The position numbers were made by a program, and so were the translations under genes. 64,000 nt of DNA from assembly GCF_030384885.1 (NCBI RefSeq), contig NZ_CP128613.1; one strand, written 5' to 3'. Positions 48,865-61,334 of this stretch are shown piece by piece (within the stretch, counting starts at the first letter, position 1; each line of letters begins with the position of its first letter). The notes beneath the pieces were generated by a model that made no database searches, had not been told where the DNA came from, and saw nothing but the letters and a program-made list of their open reading frames with translations. Source of the stretch: Escherichia coli (GTDB taxonomy: Bacteria; Pseudomonadota; Gammaproteobacteria; Enterobacterales; Enterobacteriaceae).

Positions 48865-49448
48865 TCCTGCTCCTCCAGCATCATCCGGTACTGGCGCAAG
48901 CGAACGCCTTCGTAGTTTTCCATCGACAGACAGTCATAATTGAGACAGCGCGATTCATTAGCCGGTTGCGGCTCAATTCCCCACGCAGCCAGTTGCGCCA
49001 GCGCCCCCTGTTCCGCGGCGGGCAGTTGCTCCAGAGCCAGTTCGCTCAGGCTACCGCCGTAGTCGTCGAGCATCGCGGGTTGCAGGCCGACGAGGGCAAT
49101 ATGTGCTGGCAGATTTCCGCGGATATCTGCCAGCGCCAGTACTTCGGAGAAACTGTTCTGGTGCAGGCTCATTTTCTTCGCGCTGAGATAGGCCGGAATG
49201 CGTTCTCCGGCATACGTTCGTAGCGTTCCGGGTTCCAGCCCGTAATCAATGGCATCGAGAATCAACAGATGGCTGGCGCTTTCGACATAGCCCAGCAAGT
49301 TCAGTCCCTGAGTACCGCCATCGACAATTTCCACTTCCTCGGGCCAGTAGTAATGGGCATACAACCGTTCCGCCACCCGCACGCCGAAGCCTTCATCGGC
49401 CCACAGCAGATTGCCCAGCCCCATTACCACCACGCGTTGCTCGCTCAT
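48861..49448 (-). CDS. hyaD: Hydrogenase-1 maturation endopeptidase HyaD
   Basis: 195 aa. Confidence 0.93.
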   Translation of the reverse strand: MSEQRVVVMGLGNLLWADEGFGVRVAERLYAHYYWPEEVEIVDGGTQGLNLLGYVESASHLLILDAIDYGLEPGTLRTYAGERIPAYLSAKKMSLHQNSFSEVLALADIRGNLPAHIALVGLQPAMLDDYGGSLSELALEQLPAAEQGALAQLAAWGIEPQPANESRCLNYDCLSMENYEGVRLRQYRMMLEEQE

Positions 49449-50152
49449 GAACGCTCCTTGTTACTTATTTTGCCAAATTTGTGGCTACGGTAGCCGTTGA
49501 CCATGGTGGAGATCACTGTGTCGTCGGACATGATGTCTTCACGCAGCGCCATGTAGACATGACCGATCACAAACGCGCCAATCAGCCACATCCCCAGCCG
49601 ATGCCAGCTGTGAATGTCCATTGAGTTGCCGCCCGTCCAGTAGAAAAATTCCACCACATAACGGAACGGCGCAAAAATAGCGTACTGACTATGTTCGCTG
49701 TACAGCGCAAAGCCGGTGACGATCATAAATACCGACATCAGGAAATAGCCGAACATCGCCGCCTGGGCGATGGGGTTATGACCTATATCGGCACTCGGAC
49801 GTTTTGCCAGAAACAGATACCAGCGGATTTCATACCACACGCCCTGCCACCAGCTTTTACGCCATACCGGCACGATAAACAGCTCGCGTGAGTAGCGATT
49901 GCCGACAAAAGCCCAGTAGATCCGCATCAGCAAGACCACAGTAAAAACCATCCCGGCGCTGAAGTGAATTAACCTGATGTAGCCCATATAAAACAGATAC
50001 GTCGCCTCACCGCTGACCGAAGGCAGCGGCTTGCCGATAAAGTAACCGGTGACCATCAACACCGCCATGCATAACACCGTCAGCCAGTGCCATATCCGCA
50101 CGGGTGCTTCAAAGACATAGTGACTGACAACGTTGTCGCTTTTCTGTTGCAT
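49445..50152 (-). CDS. hyaC: Hydrogenase-1 b-type cytochrome HyaC
   Basis: 235 aa membrane protein. Confidence 0.93.
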   Translation of the reverse strand: MQQKSDNVVSHYVFEAPVRIWHWLTVLCMAVLMVTGYFIGKPLPSVSGEATYLFYMGYIRLIHFSAGMVFTVVLLMRIYWAFVGNRYSRELFIVPVWRKSWWQGVWYEIRWYLFLAKRPSADIGHNPIAQAAMFGYFLMSVFMIVTGFALYSEHSQYAIFAPFRYVVEFFYWTGGNSMDIHSWHRLGMWLIGAFVIGHVYMALREDIMSDDTVISTMVNGYRSHKFGKISNKERS

Positions 50153-50170
50153 GATGATTCTCCTTCGCTG

Positions 50171-51964
50171 TTAACGCACCTGCACGGAGATCAGCTCGCT
50201 ACCGTCGTCGCCCAGCACGTGTGTTGAACAGGCGAGGCACGGGTCAAAGCTGTGCAGAGTACGCAGGATCTCCAGCGGTTGCTCGGGGATCGCCATTTTG
50301 GTGTTCATCAGCGCGGCTTCATAAGCGCCAATTTGCCCTTTGGGGTCGCGCGGGCTGGCGTTCCAGGTGGTCGGCACCACACACTGGTAGAGATCAATCT
50401 TGCCGTCACGAATGGCAGCCCAGTGGCCTAGCGCTCCACGCGGCGCTTCGGTAAAACCGACACCACGGCACTCTGTCGGCCAGGTTGCAGGTTCCCATTT
50501 TTCAGTGGACGCGGTGGCGAGATTGCCGTTTTTAAGGTTGGTCATCAACTTGTCGAAGAAGTATTGCAACTTACCTGCGGCCCACTGCGCTTCGTGCGCG
50601 CGGCACAAAATGCGGCCCAACGTTGACTGGATGCCGGAAAGCGGCAGGTTCAACGCCGACATCATGCGATCGACCGACTCAACGGTCGCAGCATCGCCTT
50701 TGTGATAAGCGATCAATGTGCGTGCCAGCGGCCCCACTTCCATCGCGTTACCGCGCCAGCGTGGCGCTTTGATCCACGAGTAGCGTTCCTGTTCATTCAG
50801 CTGCTGAATGTTGGTATCGCTGCCTTTGACATCGCCGGGGTTGTACCACGGGTCGGTAATACCATCGAAGGGATGACGCCCGACCTGATCGTTGGGATAA
50901 CGATACCAGGCGTGATCGACAAATTCCTGCACTTGTTGCGGATCGACTAAATCCACTGGCAGCACATTGTTGAAGTCGCCGTTGATCACCGCGCCGCCAG
51001 GCATTAGCAGACTTTTCTCGCCAAAGTCGTTGGCAATATCCGGGAACGCCCCGTAACTAAGGACACATTTATCAGAAAGACCAGTGCCGATTTCGCTCCA
51101 CGGTTTGTTGAACTGACCGATGGCTAAAGCGTCGGGGATCATCACGTTATTAATGAAATCCGCCGTGCGGGTAATGATCGACTGCACCAGATTCAGGCGC
51201 TCCATATTGACCGCCCCGACCGCGCCACTTTCGTCAATGTTGATAGCGCACGGCATCCCGCCAACAATCCAGTTTGGATGTGGGTTTTTACCACCAAAGA
51301 CCGCGTGGATTTTGACAATTTCACGCTGGAAATCGAGAGCTTCGAGATAGTGAGCAAAGCCCATCAGGTTGGCTTCTGGCGGCAGTTTGTACTGCGGGTG
51401 CCCCCAGTAGCCATTGCGGAAGATCCCCAACTGGCCGCCTTCAACGAATTTCTTCAGGCGGTTTTGCACATCGAAGAAATAGCCAGGTGATGATTTCGGC
51501 CATGAGGAGAGGCTTTGCGCCAGTTCGGAGGTTTTCCGCGGATCGGCTTTCAGCGCATCTAACACATCGATCCAGTCCATCCCGGCAAGCTGATAAAAGT
51601 GCACCAGATGGTCATGGCACCAGAGCGTCGCCAGCATAATGTTGCGAATGATATTAGCGTTGTCCGGCACTTTAATGTCGATAGCATCTTCGATGGCATA
51701 GACCGAAGCCAGAGCGTGTACGCCGGTACAGACGCCGCAAATACGTTCCACGAACGCCCACGCATCGCGCGGGTCGCGCCCTTGCAGAATGATCTCCAGC
51801 CCGCGAAACATGGTGCCGCAGGAGACGGCATTGGTGATCACATTCTGATCGTTAATATTCACTTCACAGCGCATGTGGCCTTCAATGCGCGTAATCGGGT
51901 CGACCACCAGGCGGCGTCCGGCATTGTTGATGGTGTATCCCTGAGTTTCGTACTGAGTGCTCAT
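50171..51964 (-). CDS. hyaB: [NiFe] hydrogenase-1 large subunit HyaB
   Basis: 597 aa; N-terminal RICGVC and C-terminal DPCLACSTH nickel-binding motifs. Confidence 0.95.
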   Translation of the reverse strand: MSTQYETQGYTINNAGRRLVVDPITRIEGHMRCEVNINDQNVITNAVSCGTMFRGLEIILQGRDPRDAWAFVERICGVCTGVHALASVYAIEDAIDIKVPDNANIIRNIMLATLWCHDHLVHFYQLAGMDWIDVLDALKADPRKTSELAQSLSSWPKSSPGYFFDVQNRLKKFVEGGQLGIFRNGYWGHPQYKLPPEANLMGFAHYLEALDFQREIVKIHAVFGGKNPHPNWIVGGMPCAINIDESGAVGAVNMERLNLVQSIITRTADFINNVMIPDALAIGQFNKPWSEIGTGLSDKCVLSYGAFPDIANDFGEKSLLMPGGAVINGDFNNVLPVDLVDPQQVQEFVDHAWYRYPNDQVGRHPFDGITDPWYNPGDVKGSDTNIQQLNEQERYSWIKAPRWRGNAMEVGPLARTLIAYHKGDAATVESVDRMMSALNLPLSGIQSTLGRILCRAHEAQWAAGKLQYFFDKLMTNLKNGNLATASTEKWEPATWPTECRGVGFTEAPRGALGHWAAIRDGKIDLYQCVVPTTWNASPRDPKGQIGAYEAALMNTKMAIPEQPLEILRTLHSFDPCLACSTHVLGDDGSELISVQVR

Positions 51965-53079
51965 GCCTGTTTATCCTCATTGCCTGGCTGTTGTTCGGTT
52001 TCTGTAGGTTGCTGGTTATGACGTCTGCGCTGATCAACGGCGCTGGCGACCGCATGTACACCAACAGCCGCAGCCACCACGCCAAGCGCGGTTAAGCCGA
52101 CGGTATCAGCGGTGGAATGGGTACCCATTTGTGGAATATCGACTACGCGACTGTAGAACGAACCGCGATCCCAGAAACCATTTTCCGCACAGCCCAGGCA
52201 GCCGTGACCAGACTGGATTGGGAAAGAAACGCCATCATTCCAGCGTGTGGAGGAACAGGCGTTATAGGTGGTAGGCCCTTTGCAGCCCATTTTGTACAGG
52301 CAGTAACCTTTGCGGGCAGCGTCATCATCCCAACTCTGGACGAACTCTCCGGCGTCAAAGTGAGCGCGGCGATAACATTTATCGTGAATACGCTGACCAT
52401 AGAACATCAATGGACGGCCCATTCTGTCGACATCCGGCAGACGATCAAACGTCACCATGTAAGTAATGATGGCGCTCATCACATCCGGGATCGGCGGGCA
52501 GCCAGGTACTTTGATAATGGGTTTGTCGGTGATCACTTTGTCGATTGGTGTGGCCTGCGTCGGATTGGGCCGCGCGGCCTGCACGCATCCCCAGGAAGCA
52601 CAGGTTCCCCAGGCGATAATCGCACTGGCTCCGGCGGCGGCGCGTTTGAGTTTTTCAATAAACGGTCGACCACTGCTGATACAGAACATCCCCTGCTCGC
52701 CCAGCGGCGGATTACCTTCTACTGCGAGGATATATTTGCCATTATATTGCGTGATGATGTCTTCAAAGACTTCTTCTGCCTGGGTTCCGGCGGCAGCCAT
52801 CAGGGTATCGTCGTAATCGAGGGAAATCAGGGAAAGGATGACGTCCTTCGCCAGTGGGTGAGCGGAGCGGATAAAAGATTCGGTACAGCAGGTGCATTCA
52901 AGACCGTGGATCCACACCACAGGAATGCGCGGTTTGTTCTCCAGCGCCCAGGCAATCTTCGGAGCCATTCCCGCGCCTAATCCCAGCGAGGTGGCAGCCA
53001 GACTGCAATATTTGAGAAAGCTGCGCCGGGTAACGCCCTGACGCCGCATGGCCTGGTAAAATGTTTCCTCGTTATTCAT
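51961..53079 (-). CDS. hyaA: [NiFe] hydrogenase-1 small subunit HyaA (Tat signal)
   Basis: 372 aa from [10 protein letters not shown]; RRxFLK twin-arginine motif. Confidence 0.93.
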   Translation of the reverse strand: MNNEETFYQAMRRQGVTRRSFLKYCSLAATSLGLGAGMAPKIAWALENKPRIPVVWIHGLECTCCTESFIRSAHPLAKDVILSLISLDYDDTLMAAAGTQAEEVFEDIITQYNGKYILAVEGNPPLGEQGMFCISSGRPFIEKLKRAAAGASAIIAWGTCASWGCVQAARPNPTQATPIDKVITDKPIIKVPGCPPIPDVMSAIITYMVTFDRLPDVDRMGRPLMFYGQRIHDKCYRRAHFDAGEFVQSWDDDAARKGYCLYKMGCKGPTTYNACSSTRWNDGVSFPIQSGHGCLGCAENGFWDRGSFYSRVVDIPQMGTHSTADTVGLTALGVVAAAVGVHAVASAVDQRRRHNQQPTETEQQPGNEDKQA

Positions 53080-53505
53080 ATCGCACGTCTCTTCTCCTTG
53101 CGACACCGGCAGGACACCGGGCGCTTATGGTCGGCAAGCGACGTCCCTGTAGCAAGGCAAACCATCGCTTCACGTGAGATGCTGAAAACGAAAGCTCATC
53201 CTTCTGCACTGGCGCACGTCGCCAGATAGTATTGTTAATAAAGCGTAGTGAAACTTTTGCACAAAACAATACAAACTGTGTGGATTTATCTTTTAGCGAT
53301 AAAAATGGACCTATTTTTCTTTTTGCCGGGCGGTGGGGATGTTTAGCCGGTTGCTAAACGAGTAAAAGAGAAGGAATTCATGGTGATGAAATGATCAATC
53401 TGCTGTTATTTCACGCTATCAATGCACTTTTGGCTGTTTTTCAGTCAAACAAACAAATTAGGGGTTTACACGCCGCATCGGGATGTTTATAGTGCGCGTC
53501 ATTCC

Positions 53506-53593
53506 GGAAGTGTGGCCGAGCGGTTGAAGGCACCGGTCTTGAAAACCGGCGACCCGAAAGGGTTCCAGAGTTCGAATCTCTGCGCTTCCGCCA
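53506..53593 (+). tRNA. serT: tRNA-Ser (anticodon UGA)
   Basis: GGAAGTGTGGCCGAGCGGTTGAAGGCACCGGTCTTGAAAACCGG...GCTTCCGCCA; long variable arm; anticodon loop cTTGAaa; 3' CCA encoded. Confidence 0.93.
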
Positions 53594-53799
53594 AATAAGA
53601 TAAGGGGTTAGCTAAATGCTAACCCCTTTTTCTTTTGCCTGTCGAAATTCTCAGGGCGTTATATTTGCTTAATGACCTGATAATCCGCTGTTAAACCTGT
53701 TCCAGATCAAATGCGTAAAGATGGGTAAAACTTCTGGGTGCCCTTACGCATTATCATTATGCTGCTTAATTAATTACATCTGTCATAGAGAGTGACTCA

Positions 53800-54459
53800 A
53801 TGGATCGTATTGTTAGTTCTTCACATGACCGTACATCGCTGCTTAGCACTCATAAGGTGCTGCGTAATACCTATTTTCTGCTGAGCCTGACGCTGGCCTT
53901 TTCGGCGATTACCGCAACTGCCAGTACGGTGCTGATGCTGCCATCTCCGGGTCTGATTCTGACGCTAGTGGGTATGTATGGTTTGATGTTCCTGACCTAT
54001 AAAACGGCGAATAAGCCGACCGGGATTATCTCCGCATTCGCCTTTACCGGTTTTCTGGGTTATATCCTCGGACCAATTCTCAACACCTATCTGTCTGCCG
54101 GAATGGGCGATGTGATTGGTATGGCGCTGGGCGGAACGGCATTGGTGTTCTTCTGCTGCTCTGCGTATGTGCTGACCACCCGCAAAGATATGTCGTTCCT
54201 TGGCGGTATGCTGATGGCGGGTATTGTGGTGGTGCTGATTGGTATGGTTGCTAATATCTTCCTGCAGCTGCCTGCCCTGCATCTGGCGATCAGCGCGGTC
54301 TTCATTCTGATCTCCTCTGGCGCTATCTTGTTTGAAACCAGCAACATCATTCATGGCGGTGAAACGAACTATATTCGTGCCACGGTTAGCCTGTATGTTT
54401 CGCTGTACAACATCTTCGTCAGCCTGCTGAGCATTCTGGGCTTCGCCAGCCGCGATTAA
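53800..54459 (+). CDS. yccA: BI-1 family membrane protein YccA (FtsH modulator)
   Basis: 219 aa seven-TM ORF. Confidence 0.93.
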   Translation: MDRIVSSSHDRTSLLSTHKVLRNTYFLLSLTLAFSAITATASTVLMLPSPGLILTLVGMYGLMFLTYKTANKPTGIISAFAFTGFLGYILGPILNTYLSAGMGDVIGMALGGTALVFFCCSAYVLTTRKDMSFLGGMLMAGIVVVLIGMVANIFLQLPALHLAISAVFILISSGAILFETSNIIHGGETNYIRATVSLYVSLYNIFVSLLSILGFASRD

Positions 54460-54549
54460 TCTCACCCGCTAACACTTTCATAGCCTCGCTTTATGCGGGG
54501 CTTTATTTTTTGTTACACTGCCGCCAGTCTGATTAAGGTAGTAATAATT

Positions 54550-54879
54550 ATGCTGATCTTCGAAGGTAAAGAGATAGAAACGGATACCGAAGGCTATCTC
54601 AAAGAAAGCAGCCAGTGGAGTGAGCCGCTGGCAGTGGTGATTGCAGAGAACGAAGGGATTACGCTGTCACCAGAACACTGGGAAGTGGTGCGTTTTGTGC
54701 GTGATTTCTATCTGGAATTCAATACTTCTCCGGCGATTCGTATGCTGGTAAAAGCGATGGCGAATAAATTTGGCGAAGAAAAAGGTAACAGCCGCTATCT
54801 ATACCGACTGTTTCCGAAAGGTCCGGCTAAGCAAGCCACCAAAATTGCTGGCCTGCCAAAACCGGTAAAATGTATCTAA
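54550..54879 (+). CDS. tusE: Sulfurtransferase TusE (DsrC-like)
   Basis: 109 aa from [10 protein letters not shown]; C-terminal PKPVKCI. Confidence 0.9.
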   Translation: MLIFEGKEIETDTEGYLKESSQWSEPLAVVIAENEGITLSPEHWEVVRFVRDFYLEFNTSPAIRMLVKAMANKFGEEKGNSRYLYRLFPKGPAKQATKIAGLPKPVKCI

Positions 54880-55154
54880 CGAATACGAAAATCGGTTAAT
54901 TCCCCCGAGGGATGATGCGGCTCGCTGAGCACCCGTTCCACACGTGCAGAACGCGGGCCGCCACTCTTTAACCACTGCATTAATTTTTCCACCTGCCCTT
55001 CTTCACCGCAGGCAACCACTTCCACGCTGCCATCGTCAAGATTTTTGGCGTAGCCGCTTAACCCGAGTTTTTTCGCTTCGTACTGCGTGGTATAGCGAAA
55101 TCCTACGCCCTGAACTCGCCCGTAAACCCAGGCAATTATGCAGACTTTCGACAT
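54876..55154 (-). CDS. yccX: Acylphosphatase YccX
   Basis: 92 aa from [20 protein letters not shown]. Confidence 0.9.
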   Translation of the reverse strand: MSKVCIIAWVYGRVQGVGFRYTTQYEAKKLGLSGYAKNLDDGSVEVVACGEEGQVEKLMQWLKSGGPRSARVERVLSEPHHPSGELTDFRIR

Positions 55155-55248
55155 TGCTGCTCTCCTTATCCTTAATGGACGCGTTGCAAATCCATGGAAA
55201 ACTCCGGACAATGACGCCCATTTCTTTGCATCGACAGAAAAGTAAATT

Positions 55249-56439
55249 ATGAGTATACGTTTAGTGTTAGCCAAAGGGCGCGAAAAATCATTACTTCGTC
55301 GCCATCCGTGGGTCTTTTCCGGGGCCGTTGCCCGCATGGAAGGTAAAGCCAACCTCGGTGAAACCATCGATATTGTTGATCATCAGGGAAAATGGTTAGC
55401 ACGCGGCGCTTATTCGCCAGCTTCGCAAATCCGGGCGCGCGTCTGGACGTTTGACCCCTCTGAATCCATTGACATTGCTTTTTTTACCCGCCGTTTGCAA
55501 CAAGCACAAAAATGGCGTGACTGGCTGGCGCAAAAAGATGGCCTCGACAGCTATCGTTTAATCGCCGGAGAATCTGATGGCCTGCCGGGTATTACTATCG
55601 ATCGTTTCGGTAATTTTCTGGTACTGCAACTGCTGAGTGCTGGGGCAGAATATCAGCGCGCAGCATTAATTAGTGCCCTGCAAACGCTGTACCCGGAATG
55701 TGCAATTTACGATCGCAGCGACGTTGCGGTACGTAAAAAAGAAGGGATGGAGCTGACCCAGGGCCCCGTTACCGGAGAGCTACCGCCTGCCCTGCTGCCG
55801 ATTGAAGAACACGGCATGAAGCTGCTGGTGGACATACAGCACGGGCACAAAACGGGCTACTACCTGGACCAGCGTGACAGCCGCCTGGCTACCCGCCGCT
55901 ACGTTGAAAATAAACGCGTACTGAACTGTTTTTCCTATACCGGTGGTTTCGCCGTATCGGCATTGATGGGCGGTTGCAGCCAGGTTGTCAGCGTTGATAC
56001 CTCCCAGGAAGCGCTGGATATTGCACGGCAGAATGTTGAGCTGAACAAACTGGATCTGAGCAAGGCTGAGTTTGTCCGTGATGATGTCTTTAAATTGCTG
56101 CGTACTTATCGCGATCGCGGTGAAAAATTTGACGTTATCGTGATGGACCCGCCGAAGTTTGTTGAGAATAAAAGCCAGTTGATGGGCGCGTGTCGTGGCT
56201 ATAAAGACATCAACATGCTGGCGATTCAGTTGCTGAATGAAGGCGGAGTTCTCCTGACTTTCTCCTGTTCCGGTCTGATGACCAGCGATTTATTTCAGAA
56301 AATCATCGCGGATGCCGCAATTGATGCCGGTCGTGATGTACAATTTATAGAGCAGTTCCGTCAGGCAGCCGATCATCCGGTGATCGCTACCTACCCGGAA
56401 GGGCTATATCTGAAAGGGTTTGCCTGTCGCGTCATGTAA
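55249..56439 (+). CDS. rlmI: 23S rRNA m5C1962 methyltransferase RlmI
   Basis: 396 aa; PUA plus SAM-methyltransferase. Confidence 0.93.
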   Translation: MSIRLVLAKGREKSLLRRHPWVFSGAVARMEGKANLGETIDIVDHQGKWLARGAYSPASQIRARVWTFDPSESIDIAFFTRRLQQAQKWRDWLAQKDGLDSYRLIAGESDGLPGITIDRFGNFLVLQLLSAGAEYQRAALISALQTLYPECAIYDRSDVAVRKKEGMELTQGPVTGELPPALLPIEEHGMKLLVDIQHGHKTGYYLDQRDSRLATRRYVENKRVLNCFSYTGGFAVSALMGGCSQVVSVDTSQEALDIARQNVELNKLDLSKAEFVRDDVFKLLRTYRDRGEKFDVIVMDPPKFVENKSQLMGACRGYKDINMLAIQLLNEGGVLLTFSCSGLMTSDLFQKIIADAAIDAGRDVQFIEQFRQAADHPVIATYPEGLYLKGFACRVM

Positions 56440-56814
<375 letters not shown>

Positions 56815-56825
56815 TCCCTGAACAA

Positions 56826-56858
56826 ATCCCCGGAAGGTTTTGGCCTTCCGGGGATTTT
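56826..56858. terminator. Bidirectional intrinsic terminator between hspQ and yccU
   Basis: atccccggaagg-tttt-ggccttccgggg followed by TTTTTT. Confidence 0.65.
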
Positions 56859-57272
56859 TTATTTGGCCAGGCCCAGGCGAGGGATCTCAATAGCCGGGCA
56901 GCGATCCATCACCACATTTAACCCGGCATCCCGTGCCAGTACTGCCGCTTGCTCATTAATCACCCCCAGTTGCATCCAGAGGGTTTTCGCGCCAATGGCG
57001 ATCGCTTCCTGCGCCACGCCCCACGCCGCTTCTGAATTACGGAAAACATCGACCATATCGACTTTTTCCGGAACTTCTGCCAGCGTGCCATACCCCTGCT
57101 GGCCCAGCAGCGTTTTGCCGGCAACTTTTGGTGAAACCGGAATGACGTGATACCCCTGGTCGAGTAGATATTTCATCACGCGATAGCTGGGACGATCGGG
57201 TTTGTCGCTTGCCCCCACCAGCGCAATGGTGTGAGTGGACGTTAAAATGCCTGCAATATCGGTTTCTTTCAT
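56859..57272 (-). CDS. yccU: CoA-binding protein YccU
   Basis: 137 aa from [10 protein letters not shown]. Confidence 0.9.
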   Translation of the reverse strand: MKETDIAGILTSTHTIALVGASDKPDRPSYRVMKYLLDQGYHVIPVSPKVAGKTLLGQQGYGTLAEVPEKVDMVDVFRNSEAAWGVAQEAIAIGAKTLWMQLGVINEQAAVLARDAGLNVVMDRCPAIEIPRLGLAK

Positions 57273-57444
57273 TATTTCCTCCAGACTGTTTAACAAAGTG
57301 TACGACAAAGCCGACATGCCAACCATGCAGCTAATACGAATGAATGAGAGCAAAAGCGGGAATTATGTCTATATGTTAGTAAGTATGATTAAAGAAAAAT
57401 TTTGACACATTATTATTCGGGCGGTCTTTTGACAGGAGCTACCT

Positions 57445-58107
57445 ATGAAAACCGGCATCGTGACCACCTTGATTGCATTATGTTTGCCGGTATCCGTTTT
57501 TGCCACCACGCTGCGGCTTTCAACCGATGTCGATCTTCTGGTACTCGACGGCAAGAAGGTTTCCAGCTCTCTGCTGCGCGGTGCGGACAGCATTGAACTG
57601 GATAATGGACCACATCAGTTAGTGTTTCGCGTTGAGAAGACGATTCATCTTTCCAATAGTGAAGAACGGCTGTATATCTCCCCACCACTAGTGGTCATTT
57701 TTAATACCCAGCTCATCAACCAGGTCAATTTTCGCCTGCCTCGCCTGGAGAATGAGCGGGAAGCTAACCATTTTGATGCCGCGCCGCGCCTTGAATTGTT
57801 GGATGGCGATGCGACGCCGATTCCGGTAAAGCTGGATATTCTCGCCATTACCTCAACGGCAAAAACGATTGATTATGAGGTCGAGGTTGAACGTTATAAC
57901 AAATCCGCGAAACGCGCTTCACTACCGCAATTTGCCACGATGATGGCAGATGACAGTACGCTGCTTTCGGGTGTTTCCGAGCTGGATGCTATTCCACCGC
58001 AGTCTCAGGTGCTCACAGAACAACGGCTGAAGTATTGGTTTAAACTGGCTGACCCACAAACGCGAAATACTTTTCTGCAATGGGCGGAAAAACAACCATC
58101 TTCCTGA
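57445..58107 (+). CDS. yccT: Periplasmic protein YccT (UPF0319)
   Basis: 220 aa with signal peptide. Confidence 0.9.
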   Translation: MKTGIVTTLIALCLPVSVFATTLRLSTDVDLLVLDGKKVSSSLLRGADSIELDNGPHQLVFRVEKTIHLSNSEERLYISPPLVVIFNTQLINQVNFRLPRLENEREANHFDAAPRLELLDGDATPIPVKLDILAITSTAKTIDYEVEVERYNKSAKRASLPQFATMMADDSTLLSGVSELDAIPPQSQVLTEQRLKYWFKLADPQTRNTFLQWAEKQPSS

Positions 58108-58202
58108 GATTTTTGTGCCTGTGCGCAGGCTTTTTCGGTCTTTCTCTTGCAGCGATAAGTGCTTACAGTAATCTGTAGGAAAGTTAACTACGGATGTACA
58201 TT

Positions 58203-58661
58203 ATGGAACTGACGACACGTACTTTACCTGCGCGGAAACATATTGCGCTGGTGGCACACGATCACTGCAAACAAATGCTGATGAGCTGGGTGGAACGGCA
58301 TCAACCGTTACTGGAACAACACGTACTGTATGCAACAGGCACTACCGGTAACTTGATTTCCCGTGCAACCGGCATGAACGTCAACGCGATGTTGAGTGGC
58401 CCAATGGGGGGTGACCAGCAGGTTGGCGCATTGATCTCAGAAGGGAAAATTGATGTATTGATTTTCTTCTGGGACCCACTAAATGCCGTGCCGCACGATC
58501 CTGACGTGAAAGCCTTGCTGCGTCTGGCGACGGTATGGAACATTCCGGTTGCCACCAACGTGGCAACGGCAGACTTCATTATCCAGTCACCGCATTTCAA
58601 CGACGCGGTCGATATTCTGATCCCCGATTATCAGCGTTATCTCGCGGACCGTCTGAAGTAA
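58203..58661 (+). CDS. mgsA: Methylglyoxal synthase MgsA
   Basis: 152 aa from [10 protein letters not shown]. Confidence 0.93.
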
Positions 58662-58692
58662 TATTACACAGGTGGCAAACGCCACCTGTTTC

Positions 58693-60747
58693 CTACGGTT
58701 TTCTCGCCACCGGCACATCCAGATTTTTCAGTATTTCGACAAAGGGAGAGGGATTCTCTTTGTTAAACAATGCCCATACCCGATGGCGTGCCCGGGTCAG
58801 CGCCACGTACATTAACCGCCGTTCTTCAGCGTCCGGAAAATCCTCAACCGGGGGTAGTAGCGCCTCTTCCATAATCGACTCCCGCGCCGCAGCCGGAAAA
58901 CCATCACTCCCCTCCTGCAAGCCAACGATGATGACGTAATCCGCCTGTTGCCCTTTGCTGGCATGAATGGTCATAAAGTCGATTTGCAACTTCGGCCAGC
59001 GTGTTGCCGCTTTTTCCAGGCTGGCAGGCCTCATGTGATGGTAACGCGCCAGGATCAGAATGCGCTCTTCCGGTTTGGCATAACCAGAGAGCTTATCCAG
59101 CAAAGCATCAAGTTGACTCTCATCCAATAACGTGACGGCTTTTTTGTCTCCATTGGTTAAGCTGTTTAGCGGCTTTTTCAGCTGGCCAGGGTTCTGCTGA
59201 ATAAAACGGTTTGCCACCTCACCGATACGACTGTTAAAACGGTAAGTCGTGTCTAAATCACAGCGATCGCCTTCACCAAAGTTTTCATGGAAAGCGGTGG
59301 TGAGCGACATTTGCGCACCGCTGAAACGGTAAATCGCCTGCCAGTCATCGCCAACGGCGAACAACGTCGTTTGACTGTTTTGCTTGCGTAATGCCGCTAA
59401 CAACGCTGCACGCTGCGGCGAGATATCCTGAAATTCATCAACCAGAATATGCTTCCACGGGCTGATAAAGCGACCTTTCTCCAGAATCACAATCGCCTGG
59501 TGAATAAGGCCGGAAAAATCGACAGCGTTTTCTGCCTTCAGCGCACCTTTCCAGGCTTTTAATAACGGGGCCATCAACTTGATACGTTTACTGAACAAGT
59601 CGCGAATCTCTTCAGGTGCATTGGCAATCATTTCTGCCTGTGCACCGCCGTGCATTCGCATCAGACTTACCCAGCGATCGAGGCGAGAAGCAAGACGACG
59701 CTGTAATTTCTCATCATCCCAGAAGTTACCTTCTGGCACTGACCACTGCATTTCTTCCGTCAGCCATTGCCGCCAGCCCTTCGCCTGCGCTTTCTTTTCG
59801 CTGCATTGCTTACGCCACTCAGCAATAAAGAGTTCATGACGGGCAGCGGTATCATTTTCTAGTTTGCTGACTGTCGGCACTTTTTTGCTACCCTGCTGAA
59901 TAATATGCAGCGCCAACGAGTGAAACGTGCGCGCGGTAATGTCTTCGGTATGTAGTCGTTCTCGGATACGCTCGTCCATCTCTTCAGCTGCTTTGCGACC
60001 AAACGCCAGCAATAAAATTTGCTCAGGGGACGCTTCACCACGCGCCAGCAACCAGCCTGCACGGGCCACCAGCACCGACGTTTTTCCGCTTCCTGCACCG
60101 GCCAGCACTAACAGAGAATGCTCGCCGTTAACGACTGCCCGGGCCTGTGCCGGATTCAGCGGTGAAGACTCAACCTGACGGAAAAAATCCGCATACTCGG
60201 TAAGCATAGCTTCGGTATACGCCTGATTATGCTGCAACCGAGCGCCTTCAATATCTTTTAACCAGGCCTGACATTTACGCCACGCCTCACGGCAGTTATC
60301 GAATTCTTCCAGTCGGTTGACCGGCAACGGCAACGCCAACAAAGCCTGGCGGATTTGTTGCTGCACGCCAGAAGTTTGCTCACGCGTCAGCCATTTATTT
60401 TCTCCGGTGCGCGTGGCAATCAAATCCAGTTGCTGCTGTAAAACACCTGCCGCAATTTCGCTCATCTCCGCACTCCACCGCCGCCAGTGAGCATCAAGAT
60501 GATGGTAAAAACGCTGCGTCTCGCCCCATTCGGTGCCGTGCAGACGCACCACTTTTTCGTCCGGCAGTACAAATTCCAGCTCGCCCCATACCAGACCGCG
60601 CTTACAGTGAATTGCCAGTAATTGATTGAAAGGAATAAGGTATTCGTGGCGATCGCCGGAGACTTTAATCCCGGCATTGAGGATCACCGCCCGATCGTAA
60701 GGGTGCTGTGCCAGACGTTTTCCAAGCGTTGTCGCTTTCAGTTCCAT
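58693..60747 (-). CDS. helD: DNA helicase IV HelD (UvrD-like)
   Basis: 684 aa from MELKATTLGK; Walker A GAGSGKT. Confidence 0.93.
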   Translation of the reverse strand: MELKATTLGKRLAQHPYDRAVILNAGIKVSGDRHEYLIPFNQLLAIHCKRGLVWGELEFVLPDEKVVRLHGTEWGETQRFYHHLDAHWRRWSAEMSEIAAGVLQQQLDLIATRTGENKWLTREQTSGVQQQIRQALLALPLPVNRLEEFDNCREAWRKCQAWLKDIEGARLQHNQAYTEAMLTEYADFFRQVESSPLNPAQARAVVNGEHSLLVLAGAGSGKTSVLVARAGWLLARGEASPEQILLLAFGRKAAEEMDERIRERLHTEDITARTFHSLALHIIQQGSKKVPTVSKLENDTAARHELFIAEWRKQCSEKKAQAKGWRQWLTEEMQWSVPEGNFWDDEKLQRRLASRLDRWVSLMRMHGGAQAEMIANAPEEIRDLFSKRIKLMAPLLKAWKGALKAENAVDFSGLIHQAIVILEKGRFISPWKHILVDEFQDISPQRAALLAALRKQNSQTTLFAVGDDWQAIYRFSGAQMSLTTAFHENFGEGDRCDLDTTYRFNSRIGEVANRFIQQNPGQLKKPLNSLTNGDKKAVTLLDESQLDALLDKLSGYAKPEERILILARYHHMRPASLEKAATRWPKLQIDFMTIHASKGQQADYVIIVGLQEGSDGFPAAARESIMEEALLPPVEDFPDAEERRLMYVALTRARHRVWALFNKENPSPFVEILKNLDVPVARKP

Positions 60748-60869
60748 GACTCTGTAGATCCACACGAAATTATTTCTTATCAGTGTAACCGTCAGAGAAA
60801 ACGTGCTCCAGCCCAAAAAAACGTTACAATTGCCGCCCATTACTGAAAACCACAGTAAAGCGAGGTTTT

Positions 60870-61316
60870 ATGCGTACCGTTTTGAACATTCTGAACTTTG
60901 TGCTTGGCGGATTTGCCACCACTCTGGGCTGGCTGTTGGCGACTCTGGTCAGTATTGTGCTGATTTTTACCTTACCGCTGACACGATCCTGCTGGGAGAT
61001 CACTAAACTGTCTCTGGTGCCTTATGGCAATGAAGCTATTCATGTCGATGAACTGAACCCGGCTGGCAAAAATGTGCTGCTGAATACTGGCGGTACGGTA
61101 TTGAATATTTTCTGGCTGATTTTCTTTGGCTGGTGGTTATGCCTGATGCACATTGCAACGGGCATCGCACAATGTATTTCCATCATTGGCATTCCTGTCG
61201 GCATTGCGAACTTTAAAATTGCCGCTATTGCACTATGGCCGGTCGGTCGTCGCGTGGTATCGGTAGAAACAGCGCAAGCTGCGCGTGAAGCCAATGCACG
61301 TCGTCGTTTTGAATAA
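60870..61316 (+). CDS. yccF: Inner membrane protein YccF
   Basis: 148 aa. Confidence 0.9.
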   Translation: MRTVLNILNFVLGGFATTLGWLLATLVSIVLIFTLPLTRSCWEITKLSLVPYGNEAIHVDELNPAGKNVLLNTGGTVLNIFWLIFFGWWLCLMHIATGIAQCISIIGIPVGIANFKIAAIALWPVGRRVVSVETAQAAREANARRRFE

Positions 61317-61334
61317 TCCACTAATATGGCCTTT

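Noticed and set aside
52117-52980. 287 aa plus-strand ORF antisense to hyaA
   Set aside because: Lies entirely within hyaA on the opposite strand; no start context.
53506-53800. Prophage or integrative element at the tRNA-Ser (serT) 3' end
   Set aside because: yccA follows about 200 bp after the tRNA, as in the usual core arrangement; no integrase or attachment-site duplication is present.
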